Source: Aplysia californica (Eukaryota). From it: a stretch of DNA of 64,000 bases. The notes beneath the pieces were generated by a model. That model worked only from the letters and a program-made list of their open reading frames with translations, was not told the DNA's origin and did no database searches. Position 1 is the first letter of the stretch, and every line of letters starts with the position of its first letter. The position numbers and the translations under genes were made by a program. Where the stretch lies: contig NW_004797572.1 of NCBI RefSeq assembly GCF_000002075.1, positions 421,828-485,827 of the forward strand, read 5' to 3'. Positions 36,935-46,749 of the stretch are shown here, in pieces.

Positions 36935-37560
36935 CAATCCCTCCCTTCAGAGGGTTTTTACATTTAGGACGGAGAGTGCTTTGCCCACTCAACCCTGTTT
37001 TCAAACTCAAACAAAATTATCAAGTTTGATTCTATTGGCTCTAACCTTAATGCCATGCCACCAAGCAAGAAAGAGGAGTAGGGGTGCAATTTTGGGGTAG
37101 ACAAAATGTCACCCCATATCCATGTATGAGCACTTAGCAGCTAGAAGTTTGAAATTAGCTTGACCAATGTCTGCTGCCCTGATCACATCGCCAGCTAAGA
37201 AAAAGAGTTCTTCAAATTATTGTTACATGCACGGGAGGGGTTGCACTGGTTGACTGTGTTTATTACACCTATGGGTAGGTGTGTAAAGGGTGGAAGCAAA
37301 AGAGATGTTCAAACGCCAAACAGTGGTCCTATGAAAAGCAAGCACTGGTGGCAATGGAAGAGTAGGACTGATGCATGTTATTACAAGAGAGGATAGCACT
37401 TGAGAGGTGTGAAGTTTTTTTACCACTGCTTGCTGATCGGATAAGCAGCCCGTGATCCCACCGCCTGGACCTTTGAACCCCCCATCCATCTCCCCCCTCC
37501 TAATTTCCACTGTCTAAGAAGGAAAATTTCCAAGATGGAATTTTTTTTCTGGCTCCCTGG
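36935..37560 (-). mobile_element. Degenerate inverted copy of the CAGTCGAAC MITE family
   Basis: Reverse complement matches internal blocks of 42532-43391 (CCACTGTTTG, CTTTCATAGGAC, CACACCTCTCA). Confidence 0.7.
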
Positions 37561-38435
37561 CAATTCCCTCTTGTTACACAGATTTGACTGTACTTAGTAC
37601 ATGTAGATGAATGATAATGAACAACTTAACATCATTTTGTTCACTGCAGTCAATAATCTTGAGTGTTCAGTGAATACAGTATTTTAGCACTCACCAAACT
37701 TACAAAGAGAATAAAATGCACAGTCCTATTGAGCAATTAAATGCCAAACAGAAAACACTTTTACTTTCTTTTTAGATTTTTTGAGTGTCAATCAACTGGT
37801 GAAAAGGAAGCAAAAGCTCTTCAGAACAGTCCATATACATGCTTTTAAAACAAACTTCATGAAAAAGAGCATAACGCACAAACTGTTTGACTTCTCAAAT
37901 AATCATGCCTTTAGGCAAAAAACCAAATTTCAATTTCACTGAAAAATTAAAGATGAATTGCAACATTTCATATTAGTACCAGACTCACAAGACACAAAAA
38001 CAGAAATATACTGTTACAAAAATATCATAATTCAGTACACTTTTAAAAAAGAATGTGCACACTATACATGTATATTGAGTACAGCAGATGGATTTAGGGA
38101 GCTGCCAACTAGGGAGAAAGAGACTTACTGTCATTGATATAGCATCCCAAGGGGGCAAAGTGTTAAAAACATTGATAGCGACATGGACAATTCAATACCG
38201 TAATTAAAACAAAAATTGTAAAGTTATTTGGATACATATTATGAATTATGCTAAGTCTGAATTTAAAAAAGGCAAACAAATCACTGCAAACAGAAAAGCA
38301 AAAATCTAAGGACTGTGGTAGAAACGCAATAAAACAAAAGAGGAATGTAAACCAATGATTTGAAAAGTAAACTTCTTATAAAATAAGAAAAGATCATTGT
38401 AATGACAAATTGCTAAAATATATATATATATATGT

Positions 38436-39045
38436 ATGCGGTAGAGTCTAGGGGGACCAGGATTTTGGTCCACGAAGACTGCGTGTCTAGGGGGACCAGG
38501 ATTTTGGTCCACGGAGATTAACATTGCGATCTTTTCATTCANNNNNNNNNNNNNNNNNNNNNNNNNNNNNNNNNNNNNNNNNNNNNNNNNNNNNNNNNNN
38601 NNNNNNNNNNNNNNNNNNNNNNNNNNNNNNNNNNNNNNNNNNNNNNNNNNNNNNNNNNNNNNNNNNNNNNNNNNNNNNNNNNNNNNNNNNNNNNNNNNNN
38701 NNNNNNNNNNNGGGGGGGGGGGGGCAGAGCGTGAGAGAAAGAGAGACGAATAAGTGTACATGATACAAAGGGAGCGATTTAGAGAAAAATGAATAGGACA
38801 ATAATAATGTGCATGCTCAGGCATGTTCTGCGTGCATGCGTGAGTGAGTGAGTACATTTTTAAGCTATTCTTCAAAATATTGTCCAACGAGCAACGATGC
38901 GACCGTCCCTGCCATTTGGGAAAACGAAATGACAGCTGGAAGCAGAAGGAAATGACTCATGAGGTCACGCATACGCAAAGCAAAATATTTTCATGGTCCC
39001 CCTAGACCATGTGTATCTGTGGACCAGGATCCTGGTATCGGAAGA
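38436..39045. repeat. Repeat element with tandem and inverted GTCTAGGGGGACCAGGATTTTGGTCCAC units, spanning an N gap
   Basis: Two tandem units 38445-38512 and inverted units 38994-39035. Confidence 0.5.
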
Positions 39046-40599
39046 CACTTCCTAATCCTACATAAATAATATGTGTCGTGACGTGGTGGAATAAGGTGCT
39101 CGTCAATTTTTGGGAATATGTGGTGATTGGTATCATATCTGTTCATTTGCCTTGCTTGTGGTGAAAAAAATATCCATCTATGTTGAATAGAAGTCGAAAT
39201 ATTTGCGATTGAAGGAGGTCAGGGTTGTCTGGTTTCAGAGGTAAAATTAGCGAGAAAATAGCCTCCAAAGTTTTGTAATTTCCATAGCTTGAGAATCCTT
39301 GGAAATTGAAAAGTGATATTTTTTTAGCCTTTAATCAATGTTTTTCAGTAAAATCTACACAGAAATATGTTTTTAAAGGGATGTAAAAGGTGCCAAAAAA
39401 AGAAAATTAGGAAAAAAATTCCCCTGCAGTCATAGAAAAATGCCAAATTCTTTGATTTCACTATTTTGACGAGCGCCTGATTTCACCACGATGATTCACA
39501 TATGATGCATGTACGTATCAGCAGGAACATTTACATTTAAATTAAAACTTACTGAAGTAAATTCATAATCAGATAATATTATGGCACTAAAAAAGTGTGT
39601 TGGTTAAATACTTTATTAACTCAATGACTCCCATCATTGCAACATTTGTTATTTTTCTTGGTCTAACCCCCTCCCCCCTCCCCCCACATTGCATCACCTG
39701 TGATATATACTGACTATTGACCGTTGATAGAGCACATTATCTGTTGTTACAATGGGTTTAGTTTCTAAACAAAAACAATAATTTTTACAATTGCCATTCT
39801 GTTTAAAATGTTAATTCAAACCACCAGAACTTTTTGACATAGAATGTTTTAACTTAGCCTAACCTGGACACTGAACAGCATCCCTGAGATTCTTTTCAGT
39901 CATGAAGGCAGATCTGTGAGTCACAGGTCTACCCTTGGTGTTCCTAGAAGTACTGGCAAATATTTCTACCTCTTCCACACAAAGCAGACTGGGACTATTG
40001 AGTAGCCTACATGCATTCTTTCATTTTTTGTTCATTTTCCTCTATAAAATTCCTTTAGTTCCGGTGTGACCCCAAGTTATTGGGCACTTCATGTTCATTG
40101 ATAAAAACATCTATAAATTATATCAAAGTCTGAAAAATAATGTGGAATAAATAGGGTCAAAATAAAAAGGCATACTAAACTTCAAAATTAGTTTTCTGAT
40201 AGATAGTTGTTCGGGCTTGTTTCTACTTTTTTAATTAAAGTAACAAATCCTTATTATATATATATATCTCTAATTTGCATGGAACCCAAGTTTTGTGTGA
40301 ATGTAGCAAAAAGTGTAAGATATTCTAAAAATACCCTTCACTTGTCTGGTTCCCTGAGATTTCTTTCAGCCAAAATACTGGTAGTCAGTGAGTTAAAATA
40401 TTTTAAAGGCTTTTGCGCAAAAAATGTAAGCCTTGCAAAAAAAAAGTTGTGCCCAGTCACATTCCTTTGTCTAACAACACTTCAAATTTCAGAGCAGACC
40501 TCTCATATCCAGTGACAAGTTTTTCTATCATCAGAGAAAGAAAAAGTCAAAATAGAAGAAAAAAAACAACTTTTCACCAAAATACACCATTAACTTTTT

Positions 40600-41994
40600 T
40601 TATACTAAAATAGTTCCTTTCCCAGCAAAGTACATCTCAATATCCTCCAAAGATTTACCCTTTGTTTCAGGAATATATTTTCCAACAAACCACACAGCTA
40701 TAGCACAACAAATACTAAAGAAATAGAAAATACCATCATTGCCCATAATCTGTTGAAAAGTAGCAAACTGGCTGGTTACAATAAAAGCTGATCCCCATGA
40801 AGCAATGATTGCAACTGATCCTGCAGTACCTTTGCAGCGAGTCGGAATCATTTCTGACATGATAAGCACAGGGACAGGACCCCAACCAAGAGAAAATCCA
40901 ATTATGTAAGTAGTAAGGCAACAAACTGGTAACCATGTTTTAAGAGACTGTCCAAGATAACCTGAACTAGACAGCTTGTAATACAGCCCAAATAAGAAGA
41001 GCGTTAAGGCCATCACAAGACCGCCAATGTGAAGAAGTTTCTTTCTTCCGGCACTGTCCATGAGATAAACAGCAACAATAGTGGCAAATATTTGGACAAT
41101 TCCAATTATTTCAGTAGCAGCGTAAGCAAAATCACCGACAGCAGTTTCAAAAATTGAAATGGAATAAAACATGACAGCGTTTATACCAGAAAGCTGCTGA
41201 AAAATCATAATGCAAACAACTAAAAATATAGGATGTGACAGTTCTCTTTTCATTAGCATTTCTGAAAATGAAACACTCTCTTCAGGATCTGAACCTTCCT
41301 CAATTTCTTTGCATTCTTCACTGACATCAGTGTGTGGATCTCTGAGACTACTCAGAGCTTTGAAAGCATCTGCTTTTCTGTTTTTCATGAGCAGCCACCG
41401 AGGAGTTTCAGGAATGAAAAATGTCAATAGCCCACCTAGCACACTGGGAATAATGCATAAGTTTGCAAGCCATCTCCATTCAAAAAATGACCCCAAAATA
41501 TAAGCTGCGGCTATTCCAATGGTGATGAGCAGTTGCACACTTGAACCCAAGATGCCACGCATGGAAGGAGTGGAGATTTCAGCAATGTACATTGGGACAC
41601 ACACTGTGACCATTCCACTCCCAATGCCAGTTAAAAATCTACCGAAGTTGCATTGGTATGTTTCTGAGGCTGAAGCAATGATGAAAAATCCAGCTGCAAA
41701 CGGTATCGATAAAAATGTCAGAGAAAGCTTTCGCCCTGCCTTTTCGATGAGCCATCCACCCAGCGGACCACCAAGCAATGCACCGATCGTAAGAAGAGAT
41801 CCAAACCAACTGCTGTCTTCCTTCTTAATAACTCCACGTTTGATCATGCTAGGGATAGCTGGAGAGCTGTAGCCAATAGCTAATCCAAAATTCATCGCTC
41901 CTAATAAAGCACAAAAGGCAATGAAGATAAGCTTTTGGTGAGATCCTTCATACTTTGTGTTGATCACACGCCCAGCGGTTTGTTTGTCGGCCAT
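40600..41994 (-). CDS. MFS sugar porter, class III GLUT (SLC2A8/SLC2A6) / Tret1-like, single coding exon, 464 aa
   Basis: Uninterrupted ORF from ATG 41994 (AAGATGG context). About 12 hydrophobic segments. Motifs GRK, PMYIAEIS, PETPRWLL, QQLSGINAVMFY, GRKKLL, GWGPVP..SE, PETKGKSLEDIE. Confidence 0.95.
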   Translation of the reverse strand: MADKQTAGRVINTKYEGSHQKLIFIAFCALLGAMNFGLAIGYSSPAIPSMIKRGVIKKEDSSWFGSLLTIGALLGGPLGGWLIEKAGRKLSLTFLSIPFAAGFFIIASASETYQCNFGRFLTGIGSGMVTVCVPMYIAEISTPSMRGILGSSVQLLITIGIAAAYILGSFFEWRWLANLCIIPSVLGGLLTFFIPETPRWLLMKNRKADAFKALSSLRDPHTDVSEECKEIEEGSDPEESVSFSEMLMKRELSHPIFLVVCIMIFQQLSGINAVMFYSISIFETAVGDFAYAATEIIGIVQIFATIVAVYLMDSAGRKKLLHIGGLVMALTLFLFGLYYKLSSSGYLGQSLKTWLPVCCLTTYIIGFSLGWGPVPVLIMSEMIPTRCKGTAGSVAIIASWGSAFIVTSQFATFQQIMGNDGIFYFFSICCAIAVWFVGKYIPETKGKSLEDIEMYFAGKGTILV

Positions 41995-42024
41995 CTTCAA
42001 ACGCTACGTTGTTGCTTTGCTTGC

Positions 42025-42100
42025 ATGACGTCCAAAGCGTGACCTCCTCGCAGGCAGGCTGAGGCAGGTCATATTTAGGTCATGTGACATGTCATGTGAT
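42025..42100. promoter_or_regulatory. Sugar-porter proximal promoter: CRE-like site, perfect DR5, two CLEAR/M-box-like E-boxes
   Basis: TGACGT ~42026; AGGTCA-TATTT-AGGTCA 42066-42082; GTCATGTGAC 42079-42088 and GTCATGTGAT 42091-42100. Confidence 0.55.
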
Positions 42101-42531
42101 CTGCTGTGTCTTCACGCTTCATTCGCGAAGCCAGACGCAAGTTACATAACAGTAAAACTTAACAGCACGAAATTAAGAAGCCAGAGGGTTATCTGTCTCC
42201 TATTTGTGTAAAAGAACGAAAGAACATAATCCACACAAAAGCAGTAAGGAAATATTGTCTAATCTATAACGTTCACCTATCTAGAATCTATGTTTACTTA
42301 TTTGTGTTCAGATCTATTATAAATATTGGACTATTCTAATCTAGAGAGCATGACTATGACATGATTAATAAATCTAATAAATTATAATGATTTTGTAATG
42401 ATGTGCAACGTGCTGAGGCTAGACAGCGAGACTAGAGTCTCGTTCACTAGATCTAGATCTAGATCTAGACAGCGACTAGATCTAGATTCTAGATCCACCA
42501 GCGATCGCCTTTGGTATGAGCTGTTCTAATA

Positions 42532-43391
42532 CAGTCGAACCTATGTAAGACGGAATCGCAAGGGAGCGGGAAAAAAATTCTGTCTTAGACAGGGGAATTT
42601 AGGGGGTGGGGGGTTCAAAGGCCCAGCCAGTTGGATCAAGGATCGCTTGTCCGATCGGCAAGCAGTGGTCAAAACTTCACACCTCTCAGCTGCTATCCTG
42701 TCTGATAGTGACATGCGTCAGTCTTACTTATCCAATTACCACTAGTGCTTGCCTTTCATAGGACCACTGTTTGACGTATTAAAAACAGAAACGTTTGAAC
42801 ATCTCCTTTGCTTCCACCCTTAGTCCCACCCACCAATGCCACCCCTCACTGTCATCATTGTAACAACGATTCGAGGAACTCTTTTTTCAGCAGGCCGTAC
42901 GATCAGGGCGGCAGGCATTGGTCAATCTTATTCCACACCTCTGGCTTCTAGCTACCCAGGAAAGTTTCCCTAGTGGCTGGCTACTCGAGCACTCTCACGG
43001 GCAGTCGTGAGATATCACACCCACACTACACTGACCATCTGTAGCGCTCAGTGCTCACACGATGGGGTAACATAGGGTTACTTCTACTCTACCCCCATTG
43101 CACCCCTACTCCCCTTCCTCGCCCAGCGGCATGGCCATGGCATCAAGTTTAGAGCCAGCGGAATCAAACTTGCGAGTTTTGTTTCAAATCAGGGCTGAGC
43201 GGGCAAAGAATTTTCCGTCTTAGACAGGTGAAACCCTCGGAAGGGAGCAGATTTTTCTTTCCGTTTCCGCGTTGGACAGGTTTCCGTTTTATACAGGTAA
43301 TTAAAGATGAATATATCAAGGGGGGAGCGGGGATATTCCGTTAAGACAGGTTTCCGTTTTACACAGGTTTCCGTTAAGGCAGGTTCGACTG
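42532..43391. mobile_element. Tc1/pogo-type MITE, 860 bp
   Basis: TA TSDs; TIR CAGTCGAACCT..TAA.ACGGAA; second copy at 49479-50299. Confidence 0.9.
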
Positions 43392-43396
43392 TATAT

Positions 43397-43649
43397 GGGT
43401 AAGATTGAAGAATACCGGACCAGCGGACTGACTTTGCCTATGTCTCAACCATAGGAATTCATAATTTTCCCGTTTTTAAATCTCTCAATGGAGAATCTCG
43501 GACTGGTAGATCTATTCATTAAAATTTTGTCAGGGGGGAGACCCCCCTGAACCCCACCCCCCCTCTCCTCCACCCCAACCACCCTCCCCACTTACCCCAC
43601 TTTCTCGCGCAATAATGTACGAGTGGTCCGGTATTCTTCAATCTTCCCA
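43397..43649. mobile_element. ~255-bp G-rich MITE, copy 2 (inverted relative to copy 1)
   Basis: Same TIRs and internal sequence as 5864-6123; ATATAT TSD, whose left copy is split by the adjacent MITE. Confidence 0.85.
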
Positions 43650-43777
43650 ATATATATGAATGTTAGGCCTAGATCTAGATTCTAAATCTAGATTGTCTAT
43701 ATAATATTATTTTTCAATTTGGTAGGTGCTATCTAGATTCTAGATCTAGATCTAGAATCTAATCTAGATCTAGTCAT

Positions 43778-44527
43778 TTATGACTTACAACGCCGCGTTC
43801 TGAATAGCTCCCGTGCTATTTGAAACGCCGCGTTCTGATCAATTAACTCCCAGCTATTTGAAACGCTGCGCGTTCTGAATAGCTCCCACTCCCACGCCAG
43901 TCTAGTTCTAAGCCTAGTAGCCATCGTTTCTCCATAATAATATTGTAATTCTGCCGGGCGCCGGCGTTTTTTAATTAGCAGGGGGTAGTGTCTACATTCT
44001 CTAACGTTAATAGGCCTAGAGAACGAATACAAGCTGTCTACGTTCTCTAATGTTCATAGTGATTCCAAGCGTGGCATCGAATCCCGATCCCGGAAAATTT
44101 TATTTTTTTTTCATCTCCTGAGCCTAAACTAAAAAAATAAAAATTAGACTCATAGCTCAAGGAAATAAGCCACTATTGAACTTTAACCAGGCCTAAATTG
44201 GTAGGAAAAGTATCGGCCTATACTTTGTAGAATGCTCCTCTTGGGGACATACATGCTTCATCACTACATAAAAAACTATAATTTTATAATTATGGGAAAA
44301 AATTGTGTGTCAGTCGGGAAGAGGAGAAGAAGAAAAAAAACCTTCCAGGACCGGAATTCGATCCCACACTCATAAAACAATGGTTTGACTTCAAACGCAG
44401 ACGCGCTGTCCATTAGGCCATAGAACTTCCAACAACGAAAGGTGGATATTAAGCTTGATATTTGACACACTGTGTTTTATTTAGCACGTTGGCGCTAATC
44501 GCAACGCGGCGTTGCAAATAGGCATAA
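43778..44527. mobile_element. Inverted-repeat element with tandem subterminal repeats and an internal tRNA-like segment
   Basis: Left TTATGACTTACAACGCCGCGTT (AACGCCGCGTTCTGA x3), right AACGCGGCGTTGCAAATAGGCATAA; A/B-box tRNA-like sequence 44341-44422 on the minus strand. Confidence 0.5.
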
Positions 44528-45984
44528 CTTCCTTTCAATTTTCATCATTTACCATTCTAAAATAGAAGAGGCTACTACTATTAGTTACTATAAATTAAGT
44601 TTCTCGATCCTTGAATTCTATAAAATTGGGAGGCATAAAATTGCTTAGAAAATGTCTTTAACAAAATATTATCTCATCTTCCATAACCCATATCTCAACC
44701 GTAACTGTGTAAGCCTGCTTCGTTTCCCTTCTTCTCTTGGTTAAACACTAATAACCAATGTCCAAGCACCTAATATGTTTTCAACTGCTCAATTTAAAAC
44801 TGTTTCATTCGGAATCAACGTTTGGTCTCCATCAAACTTTCATGAAAAAAATGTAGCAATCTAACATGACTCTCCGAAAACGCTCTCCAGAGAGATAATG
44901 GGACGCTTTGTTACTTTGTACAGCACCAGTCGTATTTAATAAAGGATTCAGTTGATGGGGAAACAGTGAGTTGCTGTTTCATACCACAAAATAAATATAT
45001 TATAACATCAAATCATTAAAAAATTGTAGTTAGATTAAGTGTCGCCTCAATATGTCCACTTTTTAAGTTGGACAATGAAATTTACATTCATACAGCTGTG
45101 TCTTTATTTGTCGGGTAATTCTATAAAATGATGTCGACCAGTGACAGCTTGCTAGATGTACTGAGGCATTATAGCCATCGTTGGGATGTCAAATGACTGG
45201 ACAGCAAAGTAATATGACGTCGGATCAGTACGTCTGGCGACATTGATGCAGTGCTTATGAATTTCTCGCTTGATACTTTATAAAAACTAACCCCCCCCCT
45301 TCTCCAGTTCCTGTCTATTTTCTCCTCTCTCCCTTCTGTTCTTACTCTTATGCATCAGCTTCTTTGCTCTTGTCAATACGCATGGTCAGAATACGTAAAG
45401 ACAGACAGAAACACACACAAAGTGATAATTTTTTATAATCCTATTAAATTATACTTGGGCAGGGGGGTGGTTTGTTTGCTTGTGTAAAAGGCCTGGTATG
45501 TTTATATTGACACAATGGTAAACCAACTGCCTATCGTCACCCATGCCAAATTATATTCCCGACGGCAGAGACCAGGGACAACACCGAATGAGCAGTGATC
45601 CTTGACCAATCGACCACTCGTCGTTTTCCCTTACACTAAGCTCTGGTTCAGAGTTGGCCAGTGTAAGGGAAAACAACGAACTCTGAATTAATTAACAACG
45701 GATTAGGATATGACTAAAAAAAATTGTCACCTTCGGGTGCAGAATTAAATACTCTTTGTTTGTATGTAAAAATAAAAAAATTGACAAATTTTGACCATTC
45801 GTCATGTTCCCCTACGACGGCAGACCAAGTGCACACAACTCCAAATTTCACAAACCAAGCAGTAAAAAAAGAAATGACCATAAATGTTTCGTTTGAATTA
45901 TAGAGTTCAATTAAAGGATTGAATATTTTGATGACCAAGTCCTGAGCAGGCTTCTAACACATCTTCAAAGTTTTTGTTGTCACT

Positions 45985-46452
45985 GCCATGTAAAGGCTCT
46001 CGTGGTCTTGGCTCTAAAATGTTTTCCTTTCACCCCCTTTCCTGCTCTCTAACCATGTTCTGTCATCTGCTTTTGTTTCCAACTTCTGCCTCCTCCTCTC
46101 CCTCCTCCCCTCCCCCTCTTTTGCCCTCTCCTCTGGGCTCCTGACTCCTTATGCAGCCTTTCTCTTGCTACTCCTTGTCTCCTTTTTACTGCTGTCTTTC
46201 ATTCACACCCCTGATCTTGGGGTAGGTAAGATCTAACACCTAGCCTTCTCGGATAAGAGCAAAAAAAATTTCAGAGGTCCCATGTGCAAGTTACGCACAT
46301 TAAAGATCTCTTGGTGGTCCTAAAATCAAGGAAAGTTGATTTCAGCCGCCAACAAGCAAAATTCAAAATTAATTCCTACCAAACTGAAAATGCTTATAGT
46401 ACGTGTCCAGCGAGCTCATGTGGCCTTATGCAGTTGTGAGCACCGTAAAACA
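45985..46452 (+). mobile_element. tRNA-derived SINE with Deu/Nin-like core (5'-truncated)
   Basis: Core CTTCTCGGATAAGAG..GAGGTCC..GTGCA..TTAAAGATC; aligns with the copies at 61022-61512 and 52424-52843. Confidence 0.7.
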
Positions 46453-46749
46453 TTACGAAAAAGAAAAAAATGCCAGTGGTATAGCGGTGGGGCAGCCAAA
46501 CTGACTTTGCTGGCCAGATCTGACCCATAAGCTGTAGAATTGGTGACCCCTGATTTAGATATATTTCAGGATCATTCTAACGAGGTTCACAGGAGTCTGC
46601 AATGCCCAGCTTTTGGGTACATCGATTTGGTCTTCTGGGATTGATCGTCTATCTTTTCCTGGGTTATTGATGCTTCAATTGAGGAAAAAATAAATCTCGA
46701 AAAGCTCAATTTTGTCGAAAATAATAGCCATTTACTTTTATCTCTCTCT

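Noticed and set aside
38445-38520. Repeated DQNPGP in minus ORF 38306-38887, resembling a viral 2A StopGo motif
   Set aside because: It lacks the D(V/I)ExNPGP spacing and is just the translation of a tandem DNA repeat in an ORF that runs through an N gap.
41930-41994. GLUT8-type N-terminal [DE]xxxL[LI] lysosomal sorting signal
   Set aside because: Not present in MADKQTAGRVINTKY; this weakens the lysosomal hypothesis, so no SLC2A8 symbol was given. The TTG start at 42000 in the ORF track was also rejected in favour of ATG 41994.
44341-44422. Functional tRNA gene (also tRNA-like heads at ~33790-33860 and 61022-61095)
   Set aside because: A/B boxes are present but acceptor and anticodon stems do not pair properly; SINE- or TE-derived.
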